DNA of 60,000 bases from contig NC_045698.1 of assembly GCF_009834535.1 (NCBI RefSeq), positions 9,612,001 through 9,672,000 of the forward strand, read 5' to 3'. How positions within the stretch are numbered: position 1 is the first letter of the stretch; each line of letters begins with the position of its first letter. The stretch comes from Camelus ferus. Lineage: Eukaryota. The notes under the pieces were generated by a model. The model made no database searches, was not told the origin of the DNA, and worked only from the letters and a program-made list of their open reading frames with translations. Shown piece after piece: positions 24,821 to 37,830 of the stretch. Both the position numbers and the translations under genes were made by a program.

Positions 24821-25159
24821 CTCTCCCCTCTCTGCTACTTTCAATGGTTGTTGAAATAAGCAGGCTGTCTGCCTCTACACATAACAACCTCAGCAACACC
24901 AAATTTTTTTGTTCCTGCCTCCTCTTTTGTTGCCAGGTGTCATTTCTTGCCGGTGCTGTGTGTCCCTTCAGCTTCTAACCAGCGCCTCCGCTGGACATGG
25001 CTTTTGCTGACTGATGGCTGAGTGCCTCAGCCCTCCTCTCTTGAAGTAGAGGCATGGGCTTTGTGACAGGTTATCGCTTTGTAGTGAATGTGTGTCAAAT
25101 CCATGCTGCCCACTGCCTTTGAGCATCTTTCCTGTGTTTCATTAAGCCTCCTCACTGGG

Positions 25160-25766
25160 CAGTGACTAAGGCACTTTCTCAAATACAAACCAGCTCTTCT
25201 GTCATTCTGTTTTGCGATGAAGATCCAAGATTCGCTAAACCAAACATATACTTTGCCTGCTGCTCCCTGTTGGGTTTTGCCAAAGGAAGCTCTAGAGGGA
25301 AACTGCAAAGCTTGAGGATGGAAAAAGAGCATTGTCCCATCCTGTGTGACGTCTGCTCCAGTTAGCCTCACTCAAGCAACCTTCTTCACCACGGCAACAG
25401 ACCCTGATTCTGGTGCTGCCCTTGGTTCTAGTCTGCAGTTTTTCCAATGCCTGCACAACTGGCCTCATTGCTCTGCCTCGGAGACACAGTAAACACCAAT
25501 CAGCCAGCATCCCCTCCAGGAACCTGGGTCCTCACCCAAAGGGACCCATCCTCTACGCATCTAAGTTTCAATAACTCCAACCTCTTCCTTTGGTTCCCAA
25601 ACCCTAGAGGTGGTCCCCTTTCCTGCAACTGCTACTCTGTAATACATTCCTGGGATTTTTTTTCCCTCGATAATTCCTTATATCTAGTTAGCCACTCTTT
25701 GTGCTAAAATATCTGTTAAAATTACTGATGTGATTGCTCAGTTCTAGCAGGACCCTGACAGATAAA
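25160..25766 (+). mobile_element. ERVL LTR (LTR33/LTR41-like)
   Basis: 3' end ctgttaaaattactgatgtgattgctcagttctagcaggaccctgacagata resembles LTR33-group termini. Confidence 0.6.
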
Positions 25767-26181
25767 TCCATATCACAAGTTCTGCCTCTCCCAAGGGAGG
25801 GCCCAGAACTCACTTGTTCAGGGCTCATGACAGCTAGAACACAGACCTGCATTCATCCTATCTGCTGGCACTCATGTCACCAGTTGACTGTACCCTGTAA
25901 TATTCAGAAGAGAGCAATCAGGGATATCAGTTATAATCCTTTGGATTAGAAATAAGATACATAGAAAAAAGTCTGATGCCCTTTATTTTTTTAACAGATT
26001 TATTGAAGTAGAATTGAAATACAAAAACCTGCGCATTTAGTGTATATAATTAACGGCAACCTTTAGTGTTCAACAAATGCAGATACTACTCCTGAAATAC
26101 TGTGAGTATATTAAACTTGATGTAAGATCTTTGAGGGTAAGACCCACGTTCTGAACCTGCTCTGTATCTCAAGCATGATTG

Positions 26182-26572
26182 CTGTAGTCTGCTCAGGCTG
26201 CTGAGACATAATTCCACAGACTGGGTGGCTTAAACAATGCACGTTTATTTTCTCACAGTTCTAGAGGCCGGAAGTCCAAGGTCAAGGTGTGGGCAGGATT
26301 GGTTTCAAATGAGATCTCGCTCCTTAGCTTGCAGGTGGCATCTGCTCATTCTGTCTTCACATGGCCTTTCCTCTGTGCGCACATGGAAAGAGACAAATCT
26401 CTGGTTTCTCATTCTCTTCTTATAAGGACACCAGTCCTGCTGAACTAGGGCCCCATTCCTATGACCTCATTTAACATTAATTACCTCCTTAAACACCCCA
26501 TCACCAAATACAACCACATTGGTAGTTGGTGCTTCCATGTATGAATTTGGGAAGTTAATTCAGTTCATGGCA
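26182..26572 (-). mobile_element. MaLR LTR MLT1A/B
   Basis: ccacagactgggtggcttaaacaa...tttattttctcacagttctagaggccggaagtccaagg. Confidence 0.9.
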
Positions 26573-28039
26573 TTGATTGTACATGAATTGAGGGGGGACG
26601 AGGGTGTTGTCTAAAATCTGTGGGGATTCTATCTGTAAATTAACAGATATGGAGTGATTAGGAAAATTCTTATTTTCAAATTTCTTATTTTCAAAATTCT
26701 ACTAATTTCAGTATATTAGACCTTCTACCTTCTTCCCCACGCCATACCAAATAATTTTCTTCCCTTAGAGATTAGTTTGGGATCCGTATCACCAACACAT
26801 GATTTGACATCACTTTTCTGGAAGGATGATGGCTTTCCAAAGATTGACTATGAAGTATTTTCCATATCCTTTTAGCAGGTCAGAAGTAAAATTTAATGGC
26901 TTCATGTAATTTACAGTCCTCCTACCATGTGCTCAAAATGAATAGCCTGGGTTGACTCGTCTGGCTGTGAATACTTGTCCTGAATAGTTCCTGAAATTAC
27001 TGAAAAGTACCACTGTCTATTGTGGGAAATGCATTCTTATGATTACAGCCCTACTTCAGGTGCCATTATGTGGTGTTTGTCAATGTGAGGTGTCTCCTTA
27101 ATTAATTCTTTTTGAGCTTTCAGATATGTACCAAGGGATGCCATCAGTAGGAAGAAGGAAAACAATTTATCCAATGTAAAATGGGGATAATTCCCACCCC
27201 TGCCGGTTTCATGAAGCTTAAAATGAAAACGTAGACACACTGAAAGCTCTGGCACATTTAAATTGAAGATAAATCTTAGGGTGTATATTTTGCAACTGAA
27301 AAGTATGATGAAATTGTATTTCTGGCAAAGCAGGAGAAAGAATGATGGCCTAATTTTATTAATTGTGTTTTTCTTAAAGATAAGGCTCTTTTTTGCCATC
27401 ATTGCAAAGTTGCCATGACAATTCAAGAAAATCAAATCTCCCCAGGACTGAATGATTTATTAAGATGAGGGCAAAGAGTAAAGGTAGTGGGCACATTGGA
27501 ATCACAGCCCCTGGGCATTACCATGAAAGAGATACGTTTTGCCCCTTAAGGATGCGACTGCCTATTGTGTTACCAATAGAAAGTTCTGCTTGCTATAAAG
27601 GTCACCAATTTTACAGCTATTGCCTTGGCTGGGACAAGTGCAATGCAATGATCAGATTACAAACTTATGAGTCAGTTTAACAACTTATTGGCTTAAAATT
27701 AGTTTAAAAAGTGCAGGTACTAAATAGTAATTCAGGTAAGAGGGAAGCAATGCAAAAAAAACCTCATTTAGTCTTTTAGCTGGCTCGGCACCCTGGCCTC
27801 TTTCAGCCCCAGCACACCCAGAGGTCCACGCCTGGCACAAGTAGTTACCTACTATTCATCACTGGGGTTTCAGTTAAGATATATTTTTCTCTGGAAAAAG
27901 TGTTCTGGCAACCACAATCTAGGAGAGGAATGGGGCCCCGCAGTCCCCTGTTTGGTTCGCACCGTTATGGGTCTTCCAACTTGTCTGAATCACCCTCTGG
28001 ACTGTAAGCTTTATGAAAAAAAGGAACGTGTGTCTTTTC

Positions 28040-29430
28040 CTTCATTTATTCATTCGTTATTCAGAGAGCTGGTAGATATTCATTAAGCATGTGTTTTGTG
28101 CCACAAGCTGTTCTAGAAACAGGGATACCACAGTGAAAAAACTGAAAGTCCCTGACCTTACTAAACTTGCATTCTAATTGGAAAGGCAAAAATAAATAAA
28201 CAAACACATATGCCATACAAGCTCTTAAGCAATTTACGAAGTAAGATGAGAGAAAATAATGAGGACATTATTTCATTCAAGGTGAGTGGTCAGAAAAGCC
28301 CTCACTGAGGAAGCAGGAGAGAGACACGTGTGGTTACCTGGAGGAAGAGCTTTCCAGGCAGATGGAAAACCAGGTACAATGACGCCCAGACAGGAGCAGG
28401 CTCCACAGGCTGAAGGCGTGGCAAGAAGGCCAGTGTGATGTGAGAACAAGAAACAAGGAGAAGAATGGTAGAAGGAAGGCAGAGGGGAGCTCAGGGAACA
28501 GACCACATGGAGCCCTGAGGACATGACGAAGATATTGAATTTTATTCCGGGGGTGATGATAAGACCTTGTATATTTTTTCCTGGCTAAAGATAGGTGAAG
28601 TGTGGGAAAAGGAGACCCCTCAAGAAGTTATTACAGGAGTCCAAGCAAGAAGGGATAATGGCCTGGAATAGAATGATAGGAGCAAGACCCATGAGAAGCA
28701 GCCAGATTTGGGATATATTTTAAAGGTAGAGCCAATGGCATTGCTGATAAACTGACAGAGGAATATAAGGGAAAGTAGGAATTAAAAATGGCTCCAAGGT
28801 TTTGAGTTTGAGTAACTAGATGGACAAAGATGCCATTTTCTGAGATGAGGAACCCTGGGGAGGGATCAGGTTCAGAGAAGGAGAAGAGCATCAGTTCTAT
28901 CTTGAAAATGTTAGGTCTGAGAGTCCTATTAATATCCAGGTAGAGATTAGGAAATGGGCGATTGAACGTCCATGATTGGCCCTGGGGAAATGCATGCATG
29001 AACCAGGAGAAGTTAGAGGGCACTAAAAGCCACTGGTTTGAGATTACCTAGATCAGGATCTACAAACACCAGTTTGTGGTCAAATCAGGACACCTCCCTG
29101 TTTTGATAAAAACACGCTATTGGAACACAGCCACATTCATATGTTCCTGTATTGTCTATGGGTACTTTTTTGCTATAATGGCAGAGTTGAATTGTTGTGA
29201 CAGAGACAGTGTGGCCTGCAAAAGCCTGAAATATTTACTGTCCAGGCATTTATAGAAAGAAACTGTCAACTTCTGATCTAGAGATAAGTAGAGATGAAGA
29301 CAGGAGGTCTGAGGACCTGACGGTGGGATCTTCCAGCATCTAAGAAGTCAGTGAGAACAGGAGGATATAGGAAAAAAAAAAAGAAAAGAAAAGAAAACAG
29401 AAGGACCAGTGGTGAGAAAGTAGGAGATTT
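28040..29430 (-). mobile_element. L2 LINE (3' end and ORF2 C-terminal remnant), interrupted by MER58A
   Basis: Tail ttcatttattcattc near 28041; minus ORF 28631-29023 (LRPNIFKIELMLF...ISENGIFVHLVTQTQNLGAIFNS) resembles L2 ORF2 LKLNMSKTELLIF...NLGVILDS. Confidence 0.85.
29054..29275 (+). mobile_element. MER58A (hAT-Charlie MITE)
   Basis: tattggaacacagccacattc...ggcagagttgaattgttgtgacagagac...aaatatttact; 8-bp near-TSD acctagat / atctagag. Confidence 0.9.
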
Positions 29431-30594
29431 TTTTTCAGTTACATCCTTCACACCTAGGACAGAGCCTGCCTGGGGAAGATGTCAAAGAATATTGATGGAT
29501 GTCAGACTAATGGATAAATAAGGTGATGGTATTAATTTTTTAAATATTTAAAAATGTTTTGCCTTCCAGTCTGCCAGCACTTCAATATGATTCCATGATA
29601 AAAGATTCTGAGGCTACCAAGAAGTTTTCAGAGGAAAAATAATATTTTTAAACTCATCTATGGGTAAGATAAAAACAGCAGGCTCCCGAGTCAACTTTTA
29701 GTCTTCTATATTTCCTTCCTGATCCTAAAAATAGGTTCTGTATATTTTTATTGCAGGATCCAAAACAGAGAAGAGATTGACCAAAATGAAAGGGCTCAAA
29801 CTAGCACTGCTCTCCACATTCTATCACTGGAGAAGATGGGCATTTCAAAAGCCAATTTGTGTAGTGTAATTTATTCCAGCTGCCCCACGGAAATAAGTAA
29901 TACTCTTCGGCCCTCTCATATTGAAAGATTTTTTTTTAAAGCTGGACAAGCATTTCTCACATCTTTCAGCTGCATTAGATATCTAAGAGAAAAATCTGTC
30001 ACCCTGGGAAGCTATGCACTCTGCTTCCCAGGATCAAGCTTATCACCAAATGTTCTGTGCAGCAGGTGACCTCTCTCCCTGCCTTCAGCTGATAGCCTTT
30101 CTGAAAAGTGAGGCTTTATGAGAGTAAGGGTCAATAGGAAGGGGGATCCCAGTTGGGTACCCCTTCAATCTTTTGTGAGCAATCTCGGTGTAATATCCTT
30201 CCAAACTTTCTACAAGATGTAAGGAAATATATTCAATGTCAACAGTAATAATCATCAAGCTGCACTGAGCAGCCTCCTTGCTAAACTGTCTCAGGAAATC
30301 CTCCCAATAGCCTTTGGAAAAAAGGTTATTTTCTTTTTATAAAGAAGGTAATTTAGACTCAGACACACATAATAAACTTGTTCACTACAACCCAACTTGT
30401 ATCACAAAGAGCTAGACTTTTACTCTGAAGTTCTGTATTTGGTGTGTTGTTGTTGTTTTTACATCACCCCATGCTTCCACAAGGCCCACTCCTGAGCTAT
30501 AAATGAGCTGAAAAGAAAACAGACAAGGTTTCCAAGGAATGAATTAAACCATGTAAGTATCCTCTCAACACATAGGTCCCATTACCTTCTGACT

Positions 30595-30950
30595 TGTGCT
30601 AAAAAATAAACTAAGATGTGTTAAAATGTTCAAGCTTCTTTGAGCATGCATAGATTCAAATAAGGCAATGCCAAACCAAATGTTGTTGAGTGCTCCACCA
30701 ACAGGAGCAAAGGAAGGTCTTACTGAGATATGAAAGCAAAGCAAGGAAGTTATTTGATTGGCTGTAGCTTAAGTAGTTGCTTTATTGAGGGAAGTCTATT
30801 GGCTGCTTGTGATTGGTTGTTCTTAAGTTTCATTTTTCCTGAATTCAAGTGCACTGACTCTGGCTTAGGTTTTGCACTGGCACCTGCTTCTGTAGCCTAC
30901 CAAGGCTTTAGAGCTGCCTGCATCGAATGGCCTCCTTGTTTAATTACTCT
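30595..30950 (-). mobile_element. ERV1-class solo LTR (MER4-group-like)
   Basis: Repeated attgg boxes (CCAAT on the minus strand) and LTR-like layout. Confidence 0.5.
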
Positions 30951-31852
30951 AGCACTTGCTTGGGTAGAGATAAAGCCACCCCAAGTTATAAGATCCAATG
31001 CCAATAAATGTACTGGTAATTAACTTAAGCAGTTTTTGAGACCCAGACAAACCATCAATTCAGTTTGATTGGATAAGATCAAATAACAGTGCCTGATTTA
31101 AAAATCACGCATGGTTACATTGATAAGCATTTATTTCCACTGAAAGTCATGCCAAGTAAATATTATCAACCAAAAAAAACTTCAGGGTACATTTCCTCAA
31201 TCTTTACTAATTATTCTGTTTACTAAGTGAAAACCAAAATTCTTATCCAGAACAAGCACTTTCTAAAAAATATCTTGTACTTTGCAGCATTTTTCATGTA
31301 CAGTAGCAGATGTCTCACCTGATAGTCATTGGCAAAACTTTTTATCTTTAATCTTCAGGTTTAAATCCTGCCATGCTGTTTTTTAATCATCATTTAACTT
31401 CTGTTCTTACTGTTTCATTTATCCTACAGTGCAGAGTGGAGCTGTGAGATTTTGCAAACAATATTCCCTTGTGTGTATTCATTTTAAAAAAAGGAAAAAA
31501 ATACTTCCTTATGTTTTTCCAACTTCTAAACTAATCCAAGGTACCTGCTTGCTCCCCAGCCTCAAGAAATACAATTTTGTACATCTGTCTCTTAACACAA
31601 TAGATTTTCTTCAATATTCCTCATGTATTTATCAGTTTCCAGTCAACAGTGGTTAAAAGAAAAGAAACATGGACTCTCTCCTCTCTTCTCTATTCTATTA
31701 GATTTTGTTAAATTCATTATAATTCTACAAGACTTCATCAGGAATCTATAATGTGCTTTGCATAGGGATAGGCAAGTTGGTGGGTAAGAAATATGTACAC
31801 TTTTTATCTATACATACACATATATTTATATACAGACATACAGATATGTTTT

Positions 31853-32193
31853 GCTGTAGACAATGTTTTTGTCCTTGCAAAAATTACATGTTGAAATCTG
31901 ATCCCCAATGCGATGGTATTAGGAGGTGGGGCATTTGGGAGGTGATTAGGTCATCAGGAAGAAGCCCTCAAGAACGCAATTAGTGCCCTTATATAAAAGA
32001 CTCCACAGACCACCCTTGCCCCTTCTGCCATCGGAGGACACAGAGAAAAGCAGCCACTTGTAAGCCAGGAAGCAGGTCCCTACCAGACACCAAATCTGCC
32101 AGTGCCTTGATCTTAGATTTAACCAGACTCCAGAACTCTGAGAGATAAACATTTATTGTATTTTTCTTACAGCAACCCAAATGAACTAAGATA
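31853..32193 (+). mobile_element. MaLR LTR MLT1A
   Basis: atgttgaaatctgatccccaatgcgatggtattaggaggtgggg...gcaacccaaatgaactaagata. Confidence 0.9.
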
Positions 32194-32361
32194 GAAAATT
32201 CTTTATATATAAAATAATAGATTGCAACAATTTGAAGTTGTAATAGAGATGCTCAGCTACTTCCATAAACTGGGTTTAAAAAAAAAATACTGATTACTTT
32301 TCTGGAAAGTCATCTTCTTTAGAGTACTTAGCTGAGACTGGAAGAGGCTATCTACCAATCT

Positions 32362-32831
32362 CTAGCAGGCAGAATAGTGGCCCTCCCAAAGATGTCCACA
32401 TCCTAATTCCTGGACTCTGTGGATTCAGATGTGATTAAATTTAGAATTTTAAGATTGAGGACGTTATCCTGGATTATCTGTCACCACAAGAGTTCATATA
32501 AGAGGGAAGTAGGAGGCTGAGTCAAGATGTGATGATGACAGTCAAGAGGGAAAAGACAATGTGGCAACAGAAGCAGAAAGAGAAAGATTGGAAGATTCTA
32601 TGCTACTGGCTTTGAGGATGGAGGTTGGGCCACAAGCCAAGGAATGCTGGTATGCTTTAAACTCTAGAAAAGACACGGATTGTATTCTCCCCTGGAATGT
32701 CCAGAAGGAACACAGTCCTGCCAACTATTTTTAGAATTCTAACCTCCAGAGATATTATGGTAATAAATCTGTGTTGTTTCAAGCCACTGAGTTTGTGGTA
32801 TCTTGTTATACCAGCAGTAGAAACTGAATAT
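32362..32831 (+). mobile_element. MaLR LTR MLT1D
   Basis: aggcagaatagtggccctcccaaagatgtccacatcctaattcctgg...aagccactgagtttgtggta. Confidence 0.9.
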
Positions 32832-33599
32832 GTCTACCAGATTGATTCTGACAATTAATAAAGTGACAAGTGTCATAATCAGATAGTCTTGACAATAAAG
32901 ACCCATGTGCATAAAAGAAAACAAACTTCCCCTGATGTCCATTGCTGTAAGCTGGTGTCTCATTACTGTTGCTATTATCATGTTATGTGGTGGTCTCATC
33001 CTTCTGTGGTTCTGCAGGTGTTGGGTTGGGTCTCCAGTGGCAGAGTATATGAGTTGACTGGACAGGAGAAATCATTCCCAGGTTAAACATGTGAGTTTAG
33101 ACAGGTCTTCAATGCTGTGAGGGCAGGAAAAAGAATCCAGTATCTCACCCTTGATTTGGACTCTGGGGTGACTAACCAAGGCAACAAGACTAAAGCGAGA
33201 TTACTCCTGTAAAATCATGCTAGAGGCCAGCAAAGGAAGGACTTGGGAGTATGTGATTTCTCCCAGGACCCCAACCTGGAATACTTTATAAATGCATTTA
33301 CCTGTCTCTCTTACCTACCAGTAAACTAAAGGGAAAAAATAGCATTTTCTCAGGTAATCTATACATTATTTAAGCAGGAGCTACACAGATATTTATATGA
33401 GTGGTCATCGTTCCAAATTAGGACCAGAATTTTAAAGGAAAGTCCAGCCAGACTGCAGGAACAGCGACTCAAGGCCAATCCCAAGGAGAAGGTGACTTTC
33501 AGGGATTTAGTCGAGGCCAGGGGAGTAAGTGCTCTTTTCTTTCAGCTCATTTTTCCCTCTGACAACCTTGGTGATGCCAGCTTTGTTCTTACCAAGAAG

Positions 33600-34610
33600 A
33601 GCAGCATTTCATGGTAGCACAACGAGTGCTGTGGGAGAGCAGGAGGTACAATCAGCATGGACTGAAAAATTGTTTAAGGGAATCAGGAAGACATGAACCA
33701 AGTCTGAAAAGGCATAAAGATCGGGATAGGTAAAGAGGAGGAGGGAGACTGTTCTGGGCAGAGAGCTGCATGTGAATATAAGAAAGGCAGCGGGATACAT
33801 CCCCTTGTGTCCCTGGAGGCCAGTAGGCTGATTGGAGTGGGAATTAAGTCAGGACCAGATAGGACTGTAACAGGCAGAGGTTGAGAGAGAAAGACAGCAT
33901 GGATTAGAATATAGACCGGTCTCAGAGGAAAAGGTTGGCAAAGTAATTCGGTTATGAAGAGTAAGGATTGCTCGGCAAGCCTGGTAGAAGTGAGAATGGA
34001 GTAGAAGAAGAGATGAACTTGAGAATTAGTACGTAGAAGAAAATCTGCTACAACTCAGAAATAAAATGGATTTAAAAAAAGAAATAAATGGCTGTGCCTT
34101 GACCAAATATGAAGAATTTAATAAGGTGGGTATATTCACTTACTAAGGCTGCCATAGCCAAGTGTCACAGACTGGGTGGCTTAAACAACAGAAATTTATT
34201 TTGTCACAATCCTGCAGGCTGGCAGTCCACGATCTAGGAGTCAGCAGGGTCTGAGGTCTCTCTCCATGTCTTACAGATGGCCGTCTTCTCCCTGTGTTTT
34301 CACAGGGTCTTCCTTCTTTGTCTGTGTCCTAACTTGCTCTTCTTATAAGAACACCATCTTATTGTATAGCGCCTATCCTAATGATCTTATTTTAACTTAA
34401 TGACTTCTTTAAAGATCCTACCTCCAAATACAGTCACACACTGAGGTGCCAGGGGTTAGGACCTCAACATACGAATTTGAGGGGACACAACTCAACCCAT
34501 GACAGCAAGGGTGGACTCGGGAGAGGGAGGGAGAAGACGATAAATTAAGTTTGGAATATGTTGAATTAAGGGAATATCAAGACATTCTCCTTCAATGTCC
34601 TGCTGTGATG
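33600..34610 (-). mobile_element. L2 fragment interrupted by MLT1B
   Basis: agggaatcaggaagac...ctgaaaaggcataaag... ; gataaattaagtttggaatatgttgaatt. Confidence 0.55.
34130..34504 (-). mobile_element. MaLR LTR MLT1B
   Basis: ggctgccatagccaagtgtcacagactgggtggcttaaacaacagaaatttatt...ggggacacaactcaacccatgaca. Confidence 0.9.
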
Positions 34611-35257
34611 ATTTCTAAGTAACAAATTTATTTTCTGTCCCCGTGTGATGATTTATTTGTTTTAGGAACTGTCAGTGCAACTAAATGTTGGGAATTTTGG
34701 AAGTCAGTTTCCTATGGATGTCTCAGCCCAGAGAGGCTCCTAATTCTCTTTACTAGTCTATAATTCATTACACTACTCCGAAATGTCTCACATGGTGTTC
34801 CGCAGATCATAAGCCCCACAAAATGTTCTGCAGTAAGAAACTTCCTGTTGCCAAATGACTTGGGGATCCAGCATTCCATGGTAGCCTTCCTGGAGAACCA
34901 CAACGCACGTTGGAAAAGGTACTCATGTCTTTCAGTAAAGAAACAACAGAATGTGTGTTGCTTGATCTTCATTCCCAATACGATTTGAATTTGTCCATGA
35001 AATGCTTTTTTAATACACTGTTTATTAATATCCTACTGAGTAGATTTTTGTGAAAAGCTGTTCTTAGACCTGTTTTGAAACCCATATTCTTGCCTCAATT
35101 TCATAAATCAACCCCAAGATTAGGATTTTGAGTGTGACATCAGCTGATCATGAGAAGACCCTCTAACACCTGACAGTAACATTCTTTGCTGAGAGCACCA
35201 ATGTCATAGAACCTATGTGGGCAGATTAGGTAACAATGCCAGCTATGCTCTATTACC

Positions 35258-35754
35258 CCACAACAGGCAGAATAATGGCTTCCCCCAAAATGGCCAAGTC
35301 ATAATCTCTAGAACCTGGAATATGTTATATTATATGGCAAGCAAAAACTAAGTTTGCAAATAGTTAAGGTTGCTAACTATCCAACTTTAAGATAAAGAGA
35401 GTATCCTTCATTTTCCAAGTGGGCCTGAATAATTGTAATCATAATTCCCCTTAAAAAGGTCAGAACTAGAGATATGGCAGCATGAGAAGGACTCCACTGG
35501 CCACTGCTGGCTTTGAAGGCCGAAGCAGGCTGTGAGCCACAATGTGCAGGCAGCCCCAAAGAGTTTTAAGAGTCAGGAGAATAAATTCTTCAGTAGGGCT
35601 TGAAGACGGAACACATCTTGCCAACACCTTGATTTTAACCCAGTGAGACCCACTTCAGGCTTCTGACCCCCAGACCTGTAAAAGAGTAAATTCATGTTGC
35701 TTTAAGCCACTAAATTTTGGTAGTTTGTTATTGAAGCAATAGGAAACTAACACA
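35258..35754 (+). mobile_element. MaLR LTR MLT1D/E
   Basis: aggcagaataatggcttccccc...tttaagccactaaattttggtagtttgtta...aggaaactaacaca. Confidence 0.88.
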
Positions 35755-36309
35755 GAACCTCACCTAATTTAGATGGATCTTACAAATTGTTTGTTTCCAA
35801 GGGTAAGTTGTATGCTTGCTAGAGAAGTTGCATTATAGGTAATTATAAGTGCTTAGTCCTCATTTTGCATGCCAGTTATGTTTTAAATATTTATAATCTA
35901 TTTTTTATTATATGAGAGCAATAGCAAGGTCATCCTAATTACCAGATATACTTTGCAGATCAGAGCATAGGGTATCTGCTACTGGGGAATGGTGTATTTG
36001 TTGATTGGAAGTAATTTTCCAGAGCAAATTTGTGCTTAACATTAAGGTGAAAAATACTACACATCAACTGTGTGTGCTTCATTTGATTCAGTCAAACCAG
36101 GGCTCAGTCACTCCTGCATTTGTCACTTCCCATGCTGAGCCCAGTAGTAACAATTCATTCAACAAATACTGATTGTCTTGCATGGTTCTAGGTACTGTGA
36201 TGGAGACGACGTCCCTGTCCCAGTGTAGCTCACAACCCAGTAGATGTAGACAGTCAATGAAAAAGCAGACAAATAGCTACATGATATTTGCCTCTCAAGT
36301 GAAGTGTGG

Positions 36310-37205
36310 TTTATTAGTTTCCTGGGGCTGCCACAGCAAAGTAACACAACTGGATGGCTTTGATGGGTATTTATTTACTCATAGGTCTGGATACAAGTAT
36401 GAAAGCAAGTGTTGACTGAAAAATAATGCACAACCTAAAAGTTTGGAATTATGTTTTGCTCAGCAGAGTTACTGAGGACTATAGCCTGGAGACAGCTGCT
36501 CAGATAGCTCTGAGGGACTGTTTCAAAGAGGTAAGAGATAAGCCAAGATACATAGGTTTTGCTGAGAAAACATGTAGTCAAGCATCAAAAAATTACTGCT
36601 AATTACAAAAAAAAAATATGAAAATCTCAATTTAATTATTTTGGTGCTTTTCTTTGTATAGGAGATGCAGGAGTCTGGGTTTATTGAATTATTCCTTTGA
36701 TACGCACCTTAACTATGTAGGGCCAGTATCCTGTTTTTCTCCATCCTGAATGCCCCTCAGGGTGCATCACTGGGGACAACTGCAGTGGCTAATGGTTTTA
36801 CTGCCACAACATCTTTGGTTACTGAAACAGCAGGTGACATTCTTTTGTCCACACAAGGTATTGGCAGGGTCGGTTCCTTCTGAGAGCTGTGAAAGAGAAT
36901 CTATTCCATGTCTCTCCCCTAATTTTTGTAAACCTCATGTATCACTTGGCTTGTAGATGTCACTATCTATGTCTTTATATGATATTCCTTCTGCACTTTT
37001 GTCTCTATTTCCAAATTTCCCTTTTTCATAAGGACATCAGTCATATTGGATTAGGGTCACACCCAGAGACCTCATTTTTACTTGCTCATCTACAAAGACC
37101 GTATTTCCAAATAAGATCAGTTGAAGTACTGGAGGTTAGGATTTCAATATCTTTGTTGGGAGGGTGGATGATGGGAGAAAGGAGACACAATTCAACCAAT
37201 TAACA
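36310..37205 (-). mobile_element. MaLR LTR MLT1B/C, split by an ERV1 LTR
   Basis: tattagtttcctggggctgccacagc ... caaggtattggcagggtcggttccttctgag ... acacaattcaaccaattaaca. Confidence 0.85.
36410..36853 (-). mobile_element. ERV1 solo LTR (MER41/LTR39-like) with perfect 4-bp TSD
   Basis: TG...CA termini (tgttgact...gtccaca); TSD caag at 36406-36409 and 36854-36857. Confidence 0.9.
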
Positions 37206-37639
37206 GTGAGCAAGGAGGCTCTGAAACCAAGTAACTGGCAGCAGAGGATTTCTTCCTGGGAATGTCTCTAGCCAGCCCTCCCTGGTGTTACACTGGGAGA
37301 ACCGTGGTTAATGGCACCAGCTCCGGTTGTTTTACCAAGATTATTCTTTTACTTACTCTTTCACACTCTCCCGGGCATTAGGTTCTCTGAAGTTCCTAGA
37401 ATCTCTTCTTCAAATTACTGTGTGTTCTTCACCTTCCCCAATTTCACCATTAACCTGGATCTGCATAATAACATTTAACCTGACCATCTTCCACTACAAG
37501 CAAGTCTTTTGCACTCAGGTCATTCAGATCACAATTGACTTAGGTTTGGCTTAAATTATATTTTCTTGATCATTTGCAAATATTTTTAATCATTTCTGAA
37601 AGTGAGGGGACAATAAAACAACAATGCACATATTTCTGT

Positions 37640-37830
37640 AATGCTTTATAAGAAGCTTTCCCATAGATATTTCATATTGTGTCTCTCAACAACTCTATGA
37701 GATGTCAATTAATATCCTCCTCTAATGCTGACGATTAGCCTCAAAGATATGACCACCCATGCCTAAGATCACGAGTTCCTCTGTGGTAGGTGTGGGATTC
37801 AAACACAAGTTGGACCGTTTTGCTGCTAAA
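37640..37830 (-). mobile_element. MIR
   Basis: ctcaacaactctatgag...tgcctaagatcac...ggattcaaacacaag. Confidence 0.6.
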
